The notes beneath the pieces were generated by a model. The model made no database searches. It was not told the DNA's origin and saw only the letters and a program-made list of their open reading frames with translations. From Candidatus Poribacteria bacterium (lineage in GTDB: Bacteria; Poribacteria; WGA-4E; WGA-3G): a stretch of 64,000 bases of DNA. The stretch spans positions 1,152,001 through 1,216,000 of the forward strand of contig OZ240248.1 in NCBI GenBank assembly GCA_965198235.1, in the 5' to 3' direction. Positions 30,103 through 39,768 of this stretch are shown here, one piece after another. Numbering within the stretch: position 1 is the stretch's first letter; each line of letters starts with the position of its first letter. The translations under genes and the position numbers were made by a program.

Positions 30103-30903
30103 CTATTCATCAAGTTGATGCACAACAGCAAGCGGCGTTGCGGCGAGTAAACCCGCATCAATCGGAATGATAACACCGGAGATCCATTTCGATTCGTCGC
30201 TGGCGAGAAAAACGGTTGCCCAAGCAACATCCCAAGCAGTTCCTTCTGTACCGAGTGGTCCGATAAGCCTCCGCCGCTCCCGCTCGGCTTCGCTCAAATA
30301 CGGCGCAGGGAATGAAGCGTAAAGATGTCCGGGCGCGATACAATTCACTCGGATATTGTCCCGTCCATGATGCACTGCCATCACTGTTGTTGCGGAAATC
30401 ATCCCACCCTTCGCCGCCGCGTATGGCAGATTTCGAGATGAACCCGCACGCAACGCGTCGATTGACGAGACGTTGATAATTGAACCTCCGCCCGCCTCCG
30501 CCATCCGTGGCACGGCATGCTTACACGCCATGATCATGCTTTTGAGATTGACATCCATGACCCTGTCCCACTTCGCCTCGTCCACCTGCGTGACCATCCC
30601 GGAACCGCCAAGCCCGACGTTGTTGAAGAGGACGTTCACTTTGCCAAAACGTTCGACGGCGGCTTCTACCATCCCAGCACAGGCTTCCTCTGTGGACAAA
30701 TCGCCGATAAATATTGATGCTTCGCCACCTTCTGCCTCGATTTCAGCAAGCGTAGCGTTGGCGTTCTCAGGGGAGATATCCGCCAATAGCACTTTCGCAC
30801 CCTCTCTCGCGAAGAGCATTGATGTCGAATAGCCAGTACCGTCGACATCCCCTTTTTTACCGGCACCTGTAACAATCGCAACTTTTCCATTCAATCGATT
30901 CAT
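30103..30903 (-). CDS. SDR family oxidoreductase
   Basis: VAIVTGAG, NNVG, YAAAK, IRVNCIAPG. Confidence 0.93.
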   Translation of the reverse strand: MNRLNGKVAIVTGAGKKGDVDGTGYSTSMLFAREGAKVLLADISPENANATLAEIEAEGGEASIFIGDLSTEEACAGMVEAAVERFGKVNVLFNNVGLGGSGMVTQVDEAKWDRVMDVNLKSMIMACKHAVPRMAEAGGGSIINVSSIDALRAGSSRNLPYAAAKGGMISATTVMAVHHGRDNIRVNCIAPGHLYASFPAPYLSEAERERRRLIGPLGTEGTAWDVAWATVFLASDESKWISGVIIPIDAGLLAATPLAVVHQLDE

Positions 30904-30987
30904 TTTTTAATTTATGGGCTCCTGAGCTGCCCTCCACTGTGGGAGGGGTTTGTAACCCCGATTCTTTCGGGCAGGTTTCTGGTTAAG
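30904..30987 (-). repeat. Family B arm with nested REP, ending at the SDR start codon
   Basis: Reverse strand AACCAGAAACCTGCCC...[REP]...GTGGAGGGCAGCTCAGGAGCCCATAAATTAAAAA-ATG. Confidence 0.75.
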
Positions 30988-31018
30988 TTCATCTAAGCTA
31001 GGATCGTGAACAATTTAT

Positions 31019-31150
31019 TATAGTAAAGCCCACAATTATTGAAACGCTTTAAATAAATTTGGAGATTTCGGCGCGTTTCTTACCCCCCTGATAAGGGGGG
31101 AAGGGGGGTTAACTTCTCAAAGTGTTCACCTATTTTTGGATTTTACTATA
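31019..31150. mobile_element. MITE-like element (family F)
   Basis: TATAGTAAAGCC ... GGATTTTACTATA; internal CCCCCCTGATAAGGGGGG hairpin. Confidence 0.65.
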
Positions 31151-31230
31151 AAAGGACTCCTGGGGCTTCCGAGAGATTTGAAACCTCGCCAGCAATAGAT
31201 AGTGTGACCCATTTGCCCGCAAATTTGCAT

Positions 31231-32403
31231 TTATGTCCCAATCCCTAACTTATCGTTAATCTCCTTCTGATAGCCTTCCAGTTCGCAGTTTTCGATCTCC
31301 TCAATCGTCACTGGACGACCGAACCATCCCGATTCATAGACCGCCATGCAGATGGCTTCCGACCGCATGCCTTCGATGGCATCCACTTCCGGTTTGCCAC
31401 CGCTCCGAATGGCATCGGCGAAGTATTTCAGCTCAATCGCGACGGTATCTTCCACACCGCCCGGGAAGTAGTATTCCCGTTCTGAATCGCTGAGGCTATC
31501 CGTGAACTCTTGCATGAGGTCATCGTTGGAGATCGGTTCGCCGCCGCGCGGCACCAACCCCTGGTTCCAATCAAGCGAGCCTTCACTACCGTAAACGGTG
31601 TGTTGACGGAAACCGTGTCCGGGCGCGGAGCCGACCCATGTCCACTGCGCTGTAACGCCCTGCTCAAACTTGATAGTGGCGATCATCGCATCCTCAATGT
31701 CAACGGCGTATCCGCCTTCTCTTTCTGCAGGATTGTCATAACGGAAAGGTTCGTAAGCCTTGTTAATGGCATAGACCTCCTCGGCTTCCATGCCGAGGAT
31801 ATAGCGCATCAGATCCGTAAAATGCACGCCACCGTCTAATGCCCAACCACCGCCTGCATCCATCTTGAAGTTACGCCAACTCCATTTCCCTAAGCCTTCG
31901 CTGACCTCTACCCAGAAGAACATACGAGGATCGCCGATACGTCCTTGGGCGACTGCCCAGCTGCGGGTGCGTTGGATGCGCGCCAGACGATAGTTTTCAG
32001 CGACGGAAATAATCCTGTCGTTTCGATCCGCGGCTTCCATCATCAGTTTGCATGCCCGCATTGTAATACCGAACGGCTTTTCAATAATAACATGCTTTCC
32101 AGCATCGAGCGCAGGCACGGCGAGCGTATGATGTGCACTATGGAGGGCACAGATGTCAACGCACTCCAGATCGGGGTGCTTCGCCAACATCTCGTCAAGT
32201 TCTGCGTAGACCGCTGGCTTCGTTCCGCCTTGGAACTCGTGCGCCTGATTTGCCCGTTCTTCAGCGCGTTCCACTGCGATGTCACACGCCGCCACAATTT
32301 CAAAGTCCCTGATGCCTTTCGACCAGAGTTCGCGATACGCACCCATGTGTGCACCGGACATACCCCCGCATCCGACCAATCCCATTTTAATTCGTTCTGC
32401 CAT
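31231..32403 (-). CDS. Gfo/Idh/MocA family oxidoreductase
   Basis: GLVGCGGM, GKHVIIEKP, AENYR, DGGVHFTD. Confidence 0.93.
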   Translation of the reverse strand: MAERIKMGLVGCGGMSGAHMGAYRELWSKGIRDFEIVAACDIAVERAEERANQAHEFQGGTKPAVYAELDEMLAKHPDLECVDICALHSAHHTLAVPALDAGKHVIIEKPFGITMRACKLMMEAADRNDRIISVAENYRLARIQRTRSWAVAQGRIGDPRMFFWVEVSEGLGKWSWRNFKMDAGGGWALDGGVHFTDLMRYILGMEAEEVYAINKAYEPFRYDNPAEREGGYAVDIEDAMIATIKFEQGVTAQWTWVGSAPGHGFRQHTVYGSEGSLDWNQGLVPRGGEPISNDDLMQEFTDSLSDSEREYYFPGGVEDTVAIELKYFADAIRSGGKPEVDAIEGMRSEAICMAVYESGWFGRPVTIEEIENCELEGYQKEINDKLGIGT

Positions 32404-32649
32404 GTAAGCCTCCTTATGTGTCCTCGTGATTCACGCGTGTCCAGCACGCGCCGACAAGTGAACATGCGAAATTATATGCGATACACTGTCTCATGTCAAC
32501 ATTTTTATCTCTGGGTGGAGCCATTCAGTTTTCCCTTAATTTCGATCTCCCGTTGGCAGAGGCTTCACTTTAGGAATGACTCCGAATCGCGACCGGTAGG
32601 AGGGAATTCCGATTCCCGACTGCTGACAACTGCATGCACCACCAAATGC

Positions 32650-32678
32650 TTGACTTAACATTCATATTCTGGTAGAAT
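32650..32678 (+). promoter_or_regulatory. Sigma70 promoter
   Basis: TTGACT-17 nt-TAGAAT with extended -10 TG, upstream of AGGAGG RBS. Confidence 0.7.
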
Positions 32679-32696
32679 ACCGCAATAAAGGAGGAA

Positions 32697-33509
32697 ATGG
32701 CTATGCACACTACAGATACGAAATCTATCTATAGCATTAAGTGTCTCTTCATCGCAGTAGTGGTTTTGGCACTGCTCGGTGGTCCGTCTACAGAGGCAGA
32801 GGTTGATAAACACACCGTCGCCGTCTGGCTCTTTGAGGAAGGTGCCGGCGATGTAGTGGAAGACGCTTCCGGCAACGGACACGATGGCGAATTCGCAGGG
32901 AAACCTAAGTGGGTCAAGGCGAAGTTCGGAACAGGATTGGAATTTCCGGGCAATGACAGTGGATATGTCGTCGTCAAGTCCACCAAAAAACTGGAATTGG
33001 AAACACTCAGTATTGAAGCGTGGGTCAAAGTGGAGGAATCCACAGGTAAATGGCAGGGCATCGTCTGCAAACAACAGGCTGGATGCGGCAATCGAAACTA
33101 CGGTATCTGGGTTCATGTAGATAAGAGTGTTCTACATTCGGAAATTGGAGCAAATGGGGCATGTGGGTTTACTATAGATGCCACAACCGACATCACCGAC
33201 AATAAGTGGCATCATCTCGCCTTTACCTTTGATGGCAAAATGGGACGAGCTTATGTCGATGGTGAATTGGAAATCGAAGCACCCAATGGTACTACGTTTC
33301 AGAGTGCAGATCCGATTACGCTCGGCGTGCCGAATCTCAATAACGCAAACGGATTGAAGGGTATCATTGAAGAGATACGCATCTCCAATGTCGCACGAAC
33401 CGAAGCGGAAATTCAGGAAGCGATGGATGTCGGATTGGCCGCAATTCTCAACGTTGAACCCGGTGGTAAACTCGCAACCCGCTGGGCATACCTCAAACGG
33501 GCACCGTAA
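32697..33509 (+). CDS. Secreted LamG (concanavalin-like) domain protein
   Basis: WLFEEG, WHHLAFTFDG, YVDG, IEEIRIS, VEPGGKLATRWAYLK tail. Confidence 0.9.
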   Translation: MAMHTTDTKSIYSIKCLFIAVVVLALLGGPSTEAEVDKHTVAVWLFEEGAGDVVEDASGNGHDGEFAGKPKWVKAKFGTGLEFPGNDSGYVVVKSTKKLELETLSIEAWVKVEESTGKWQGIVCKQQAGCGNRNYGIWVHVDKSVLHSEIGANGACGFTIDATTDITDNKWHHLAFTFDGKMGRAYVDGELEIEAPNGTTFQSADPITLGVPNLNNANGLKGIIEEIRISNVARTEAEIQEAMDVGLAAILNVEPGGKLATRWAYLKRAP

Positions 33510-33575
33510 AAAAAAAGAGAATGGATTGAGAAAAATCCTTCTACTGCTGGCGAGGTTTCCTAACCTCGCCCATTT

Positions 33576-33643
33576 ATGACACAATGGGTCGGTGCCGATT
33601 CTCCGTTCCACGCCCAATTCCGGGTCCTAACCTATCAGGCATT
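33576..33643 (+). pseudogene. Orphan 3'-end fragment of a serine hydrolase paralog
   Basis: Translates MTQWVGADSPFHAQFRVLTYQAL versus the C-terminus MTQLIGDSPFHAQFRVLTYQSITD of 33755..34933. Confidence 0.8.
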
Positions 33644-33754
33644 GTCCCGCAAGCCTCTATAGGCTTGCGCCCATGAATAACAGCAGTCAGCAGTCAGGTA
33701 GGGTTGCGTAGCAACCCTACCTGAAAGCCAACCGCTATTTTACAGGAGTTTTCA

Positions 33755-34933
33755 ATGACATTGTATGAAGGATTACCACGCGCAGTACCTGAAGATGTCG
33801 GTATGTCAACCTCGCGTTTAGCGCGCATTGCTCCGGTCATGCAACGCTGGGTTGACGATGGCAAAATCCCCGGTGCGTTAACGATGATCGCGCGTGAAGG
33901 TAGGCTTGTCCATTTTGAAAAGTTCGGTATGCAGGATGTTGCCACTGCAAGACCGCTGGAATTTGATACCATCTTCCGCATTTATTCAATGACGAAGCCG
34001 ATTACCAGCATCGCTGTGATGATGCTCTACGAAGAAGGGCATTTTCAACTCGGCACCCCTGTCTCCGAATTAATTCCCGCTTTCAAGGACATGCAGGTTT
34101 ACACTGAGGGCGGCGAGAATATTGTTGATGCAGAACGCGAGATGACAGTAAAGCATCTGCTGACGCACACTGCTGGGCTTATCTATGGTGGGGACGGGGA
34201 GCACCCGATTCATCAGCGATATAAAGAGGCGAATTTCTACGGTGGGGACCTCGCAAATATGGCGCAAGAGCTTGGGAATATCCCATTAGCATACCACCCC
34301 GGTGCTTCGTGGAGTTACGGCATGTCTACCGACGTACTCGGCTATCTTGTGGAAGTCGTCTCTGGAATGCCGTTTGAGGAATTTCTGAAAACCCAGATTT
34401 TGGATCCGTTGGGAATAGCGGACACTGCTTTCTCGGTGCCGGACGAAAAGGCGGATCGGTACCCGACGTTATATGAACCTGCCGAGGACGGTGGTATTCA
34501 GGTGATTGAGGACGCGCCTGTTTCCAGCGGACCGCGCAGCTTTTTCCATTCCGGGGGTGCTGGACTACAGTCAACCGCCGCGGATTACCTCCGTTTCTGC
34601 CAAATGCTACTCAACGATGGTGAACTTGATGGCGTTCGGTTGCTTGGAAGGAAAACCGTCGAACTCATCAGAATAAATCATATCTCTGACGATTGGCAAC
34701 CGCTTGAGAGAACAGGATGCGGTTTCGGACTTGGATTCGCTGTCGTTACCGATGTCGCTGAGACCCACGCTCCCGGTTCTGAAGGCACGTACAGTTGGGG
34801 CGGGCTTGCAAGTACAACATTTTGGATTGATCCTGTCGAAGATTTAATCGGTATCCTCATGACGCAACTGATAGGCGATTCCCCGTTCCACGCCCAATTC
34901 CGCGTTCTAACCTATCAGTCAATTACCGATTAA
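33755..34933 (+). CDS. Serine hydrolase, beta-lactamase-like family
   Basis: YSMTK (SxxK), LLTHTAG, WSYG, YSWGG. Confidence 0.93.
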   Translation: MTLYEGLPRAVPEDVGMSTSRLARIAPVMQRWVDDGKIPGALTMIAREGRLVHFEKFGMQDVATARPLEFDTIFRIYSMTKPITSIAVMMLYEEGHFQLGTPVSELIPAFKDMQVYTEGGENIVDAEREMTVKHLLTHTAGLIYGGDGEHPIHQRYKEANFYGGDLANMAQELGNIPLAYHPGASWSYGMSTDVLGYLVEVVSGMPFEEFLKTQILDPLGIADTAFSVPDEKADRYPTLYEPAEDGGIQVIEDAPVSSGPRSFFHSGGAGLQSTAADYLRFCQMLLNDGELDGVRLLGRKTVELIRINHISDDWQPLERTGCGFGLGFAVVTDVAETHAPGSEGTYSWGGLASTTFWIDPVEDLIGILMTQLIGDSPFHAQFRVLTYQSITD

Positions 34934-35153
34934 ATCTGTGGGTGCTGTTCCATTCCCCGTAAGTGCGGTTTGATGAGGTTTCAGAAAATACTTCGGTCAT
35001 CCTATGTTTTCCTTAGGCACGGTAGTTGCGGTTTCCAACCGCACCGGGCATCGTTTGGAAATTACCGAATTAAATTTTTAATCTTCATCTAACCCCGCCC
35101 ATGTATGGGGTTAATTATTGGCTTTACTATAAAATCTGAAAGGAGAAAGAACT

Positions 35154-35765
35154 ATGAAGATTGCGGTCGTAACCGGTGAACACGGGTTTCAGGAGAAACA
35201 GTTTGACGCGGTTTTTGAGAGTATGGAGGGGGTTCAATTCGTCCGAGAAGATCTGGACGATTTTGTAGACGACCCAAGCCAAAAGGACTATAATACCGTC
35301 GTCTTTTACAACTTTCACCGTCCCTATCCGACGGATGCGCAAGCGCAGGCTATCCTCGGTTTAACGGAACGTGGACAGGGCATGGTAATTCTGCATCACG
35401 CCATCTTAGCGTTTCCAGAATGGGATGCCTATTCTGAAATGTGCGGTATCCATGAACGCGGTTTTGGATACTATCCTCGGCAAACGCTACAGGTGCAAAT
35501 CGCTGATGCGACACACCCAATCACAGAAGATCTCACCGAATGGGAGATGGGTGACGAAACCTATACCATGAAATCCGCTGGCGATGATAGCTCGATCCTG
35601 TTGACTGTCGATCATCCGAACAGCATGGATGTGTTGGGATGGGCACGTGAATACGGCAATTCTCGCGTCTTCTGTTTCCAGAGTGGACACGACGACGTTA
35701 CCTTTTCTAATCCGAACTTCCGAGAGGTACTGAGGCGCGGCATTCGCTGGTGCGCCAAAGCATAA
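35154..35765 (+). CDS. ThuA-like (trehalose utilization) domain protein
   Basis: VTGEH, GMVILHHA, HPIT, DETY, GHD. Confidence 0.85.
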   Translation: MKIAVVTGEHGFQEKQFDAVFESMEGVQFVREDLDDFVDDPSQKDYNTVVFYNFHRPYPTDAQAQAILGLTERGQGMVILHHAILAFPEWDAYSEMCGIHERGFGYYPRQTLQVQIADATHPITEDLTEWEMGDETYTMKSAGDDSSILLTVDHPNSMDVLGWAREYGNSRVFCFQSGHDDVTFSNPNFREVLRRGIRWCAKA

Positions 35766-35780
35766 GAGAAGGGGAGAACA

Positions 35781-36911
35781 ATGACTGGCATTTTGGTGCT
35801 CTGTCGATCCAGAGGAACTTGGAGGCGCGCGCTCCGTATTGGAATAAGTTGTGTTCTTTTCGGACTTTCAACGATACTCGCAAACGCAGATGGAGAGAAA
35901 ACGATGGCACATACAACGTATTCAGTAGCCGTAGAAACAGTAAGTGCCCTTGGGTCAAAATACCAAGTTTACTACATCCAGCAAGATGGAAAAGCTGTCG
36001 CTGAGATCGTGCCCGCACTTGGTAATAACTGCTACGCCTTTAAGGTCGCAGCTGGGGATACTTGGTTGAACCTGATAGATGAACCACCGGATCTCGCCAC
36101 CTTGGAGGAACGTCCGACCGCTTACGGCAATCCGATTCTGTTTCCCTTCCCCAATCGAATCCGGAACGGCAAATGGCAATTTGAGGGAGAAACCTATCAG
36201 TTTGACAAAGCACCCGACTCTCCAACAACAATCCACGGTTTGTTGTTGAATCTACCGTATCAGGTTGAAAGCCATGTCGCCGATGAAAACCGAGCAACGC
36301 TCGTATGCTCACTTAACTCTCAAGATTTTCCCGATGTTGGTCGCCAGTATCCGTTCCCTTTTAGAATTGAGATTACCTATACCCTCAAAGATACCGTGCT
36401 AACGATGGGGATTGCTATCAAAAATACGGGTGACCGGAATATGCCTGTTGGGTTCGGTATCCACCCCTATTTTAGCGTAGACCTCGGCACTGAGGCGAAT
36501 GCAGCCGAAGCGATAATTACCGTACCTGCCGCTAAGTATTGGGAATTGGACGAGGTCCTCGTGCCAACGGGTACACAGCACGATGTCGCTGACACACTGG
36601 ATCTCCAAAATGGACAGCCGTTCGCGAAACTGAAACTCGACCATGTCTTTACGGACGTTCAATTGGTTGATGGCGTAAGTCGATGCCTCATTGAGAACCG
36701 AGATACCGGATACGGCATGGTGATGGAATCGGATGCACAGTTCAGGGAGCTCGTTGTCTATACGCCGCCTGATAGGAATGCTATCTGTTTTGAGCCTTAC
36801 ACCTGCCCGACGGATGCCATCAATTTAGAGGCGAGGGATATCCCAGCAGGTGTGATTGTGCTTGCCCCTGATGAAATGTTCTCTGGAACCGTTCGCTTTA
36901 TGCTGCAATGA
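35781..36911 (+). CDS. Aldose 1-epimerase family protein (alternative start 35904)
   Basis: PFPNRI, IHG, GIHPYF, ICFEP. Confidence 0.88.
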   Translation: MTGILVLCRSRGTWRRALRIGISCVLFGLSTILANADGEKTMAHTTYSVAVETVSALGSKYQVYYIQQDGKAVAEIVPALGNNCYAFKVAAGDTWLNLIDEPPDLATLEERPTAYGNPILFPFPNRIRNGKWQFEGETYQFDKAPDSPTTIHGLLLNLPYQVESHVADENRATLVCSLNSQDFPDVGRQYPFPFRIEITYTLKDTVLTMGIAIKNTGDRNMPVGFGIHPYFSVDLGTEANAAEAIITVPAAKYWELDEVLVPTGTQHDVADTLDLQNGQPFAKLKLDHVFTDVQLVDGVSRCLIENRDTGYGMVMESDAQFRELVVYTPPDRNAICFEPYTCPTDAINLEARDIPAGVIVLAPDEMFSGTVRFMLQ

Positions 36912-37867
36912 AAGTTATCGCACTGCTGATTTTTTCGATTTTGCTTCTAACCGCGCAGCCGTCTATGGCAATCCGAGAGGGCACAACGACCGCTAAGGTC
37001 TTTATCAAACGCTACGCGCAGTCCGGCGATTTTGGTAGACTTGCCCTCTGGCACGAAGCCGCCGCAGAATGTCTCACGCGCATCTCTGTTCCGATGAACG
37101 AGATTGCACACGCTTATTATATACGGCACGGATACGAGCAGTGGGCAGCACGCGCTGAAAAAGAGGCGAGTGAGATTCAGAAACAGCACCAATATCACCT
37201 CACTCGCGCCGAGATTGCTTGGCAAAAATTTGTGGGAGGGGTGTTTTTGCTTGGGTGTTTCCCTAGTAACCCCGATGCTTTTTCGGTGCTGGATGCTGAA
37301 CGCCGAAATATCGAAAAATTTATCGCAACGTGGCTACCGCGCTACCCAAATCGGTTTTACGAATTTGGTATCTATCCCACCTTTTTCAGGAAACAGCGGG
37401 AGTTGGCAGAGCAGGAGGGGAGTTACGCCAAAGTCTTGCGTCTCGAAGCAGATGCCGCGGAGATGTGTGCCGCGCAGTATCAACAAATTCCAATCGTCCA
37501 TGGACTTAAGCGTTATGAAAAATTTCGGGATGCCTATCTCCGACATGCAATACACCTTCGCGAACTCGCAAAGCAAAATCCAATGACGTTACCACCAGCG
37601 ATAGACAAAGGCAAACAGATATTGGGTTCATTGAAAACTCAGAGGCTCCCTTCTCAGCAAAAAGCAGACGCTGTCATTCAGATCGCAAAATCGGATGCGC
37701 GAGTGAAAACAACTTTAGTCGGTCAAAACGGAGTTCACGCATATCCGTCATTTCAAGGGTTCGCGTGGATAGTGAGTTTCTCGAATCACAGTCGCGGGAA
37801 CCTTGCTACTGCAGTTATTGATGGTAAAACTGCCACGGTGTTGAATGTATTTTCCCCTGTGAAATAG
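36908..37867 (+). CDS. Secreted hypothetical protein with an in-frame repeat insertion
   Basis: ATGA overlap, signal peptide; 37231-37276 is a REP plus micro-insert read as VGGVFLLGCFPSNPD. Confidence 0.7.
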   Translation: MKVIALLIFSILLLTAQPSMAIREGTTTAKVFIKRYAQSGDFGRLALWHEAAAECLTRISVPMNEIAHAYYIRHGYEQWAARAEKEASEIQKQHQYHLTRAEIAWQKFVGGVFLLGCFPSNPDAFSVLDAERRNIEKFIATWLPRYPNRFYEFGIYPTFFRKQRELAEQEGSYAKVLRLEADAAEMCAAQYQQIPIVHGLKRYEKFRDAYLRHAIHLRELAKQNPMTLPPAIDKGKQILGSLKTQRLPSQQKADAVIQIAKSDARVKTTLVGQNGVHAYPSFQGFAWIVSFSNHSRGNLATAVIDGKTATVLNVFSPVK

Positions 37868-38089
37868 GTAGGCGAGGTTTGTAACCTCGCCGGGCTTCCG
37901 TTCAATATCTCACTGTAGGAGGGATCTCCGAATCCCGACATCTGATCGCTGCCTCCACGCTGGCGGGGCTTCCGAACCTCACCTCTTTCAATCCTGTCGA
38001 TCCTGTGAATTGTGATTCTGACAATTAAAACCCTACACGCTCTATTAATGATAACTGAAACCGAAAACTATAGTGCCTCGTTTTTTGGG

Positions 38090-38118
38090 TTGACAATAGT
38101 TTCTAACTATGAAATAAT
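38090..38118 (+). promoter_or_regulatory. Sigma70-like promoter, similar block at 39681-39709
   Basis: TTGACA-17 nt-AATAAT with TG; shared TTGACAATA...AACTATGAAATAAT. Confidence 0.6.
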
Positions 38119-38313
38119 GGGCAACGATTAATTTTTCACATCAAAACGTTGTCTTAAAGTGCTTGGTCTCTAAAGCGGTTTTAGGGTATCAATAGGAGCT
38201 TAATGCAAAATTTGCTCTCTCTGACGACAACGAATCTGGTTTAAGGGCGATTTTTTTAATTGACCCGCCTGAACGTTTCATATGGAAATAGTTAAGAATA
38301 AAGGAGATTCAAC

Positions 38314-39486
38314 ATGAACGTAAGAAGGATCATAACATTCGCGTTTGTATTCGCGATTGTTGCTTTGACTGTCGGGCTTTCCGGTTGCGAAAAGATCGCT
38401 CCGATGGTGCCTGACGACAAAACGACAATGCCTGAAATGATGGATGGAGAGATTCCCATTGGTGTCGCCGTAGCACTGACAGGGGAATACGCCGAACCGT
38501 ATGGGCTCCCAATGCAACGTGGTCTTGACTTGGCAAGAGAAGATATTAATATGCTCGGCGGTCCAAGCCTCACGTTCGTCCCTGTGGACGCTCAAAGCAC
38601 TGTGGAGGGCGGGATTGCAGCTGTCGAGGAATTGGTGAATCAAGGCGTACCTGCCATCGTCGGGATTGGTATCTCAACACACCTCGAACAGGCTTTTCCG
38701 ATCGCACAAGAGAATGGGGTGGTCGCTTTTAGCCCGATCTCCTCCGCTTCGGGTTTGAGCGCACTTGGGGATTATATCTTCCGCACCGGTCTCACTGTAA
38801 GTGTACTCAATTCGAATGGTGCGATGGTGGCTCACGAGCAACTTGGCTATAAAAAAGCGGCACTGATATATGATGCCGCGGATACCTACTCCACAAGTAG
38901 CAACGAGGCATTTGAGAAAACGCTCGAGGCGATCGGTGTTGAGATTCTGACGGTGGAAACCTTCCAAACCGGCGATACCGATTTTTCTGCGCAACTCACC
39001 AATATAATGGGTATGGTGCCTGATACCCTCTTTATCTCTGCTCTGGTACCGGAGATGATTCAGATTATCACTCAGGCGCGATCACCGGAAATCGGTATCC
39101 CCGATGCTGTTCGCCTTATTGTTCCTGATTTAACTGCGAAAGAGATCCAAGAAGTGGGCGACGCTGCCGAAGGGGCGATAACTTTTTCTGGGTGGTTTGG
39201 TATGGCTGACACACCCGGAAACCAAGCCTTCGTTCAGAACTATGAAGCGGAATACGGTATTGAACCTGGACCGTGGGCGGCACAGGCGTATGCGACCCTC
39301 CATATTCTCGCTAATGCGATTATGAATGCGCAATCGACAGATTCTGCTGCGATTCGGGATGCCCTGGTGCAGACGATGGATTTCTCCACGATTTTAGGCG
39401 ATTTCTCTTTCGACCCCGACGGCGAGGCGGTATATGACCCGATTGTGTTTATCGTCAAGGACGGCGAACTTCAGCTCTTTGAGTAA
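38314..39486 (+). CDS. ABC transporter substrate-binding lipoprotein (branched-chain amino acid / LivJ-like)
   Basis: Lipobox LSGC, IGVAVALTGEYA, TDFSAQL, AAQAY; no permease genes adjacent. Confidence 0.88.
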   Translation: MNVRRIITFAFVFAIVALTVGLSGCEKIAPMVPDDKTTMPEMMDGEIPIGVAVALTGEYAEPYGLPMQRGLDLAREDINMLGGPSLTFVPVDAQSTVEGGIAAVEELVNQGVPAIVGIGISTHLEQAFPIAQENGVVAFSPISSASGLSALGDYIFRTGLTVSVLNSNGAMVAHEQLGYKKAALIYDAADTYSTSSNEAFEKTLEAIGVEILTVETFQTGDTDFSAQLTNIMGMVPDTLFISALVPEMIQIITQARSPEIGIPDAVRLIVPDLTAKEIQEVGDAAEGAITFSGWFGMADTPGNQAFVQNYEAEYGIEPGPWAAQAYATLHILANAIMNAQSTDSAAIRDALVQTMDFSTILGDFSFDPDGEAVYDPIVFIVKDGELQLFE

Positions 39487-39512
39487 CCCCCACCGTTGGA
39501 TGGACATAACCG

Positions 39513-39557
39513 GAGCCTGTCATCAGCCATTCACTGATGGCAGGCTCTTTCATTTTA
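39513..39557 (+). terminator. Intrinsic terminator
   Basis: GAGCCTGTCATCAG/CTGATGGCAGGCTC stem plus T tract. Confidence 0.8.
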
Positions 39558-39768
39558 TAGTCAAGCCCGAAAATATGTAGACAGTTGTTCAGCGAGCGAA
39601 CCCCCACACCTCGCTTCGTCCCCAACCATTCCAATTTGAAGCATAGGGGCTTGGCGTGAAGACTGATAAAATTTTTGGAGTTGACAATAACATCCAACTA
39701 TGAAATAATAAGCAGGAGGTGAGTTCTTCACGCCGAGACAGCCGATCGCTAACACGCCGATAGCCATT

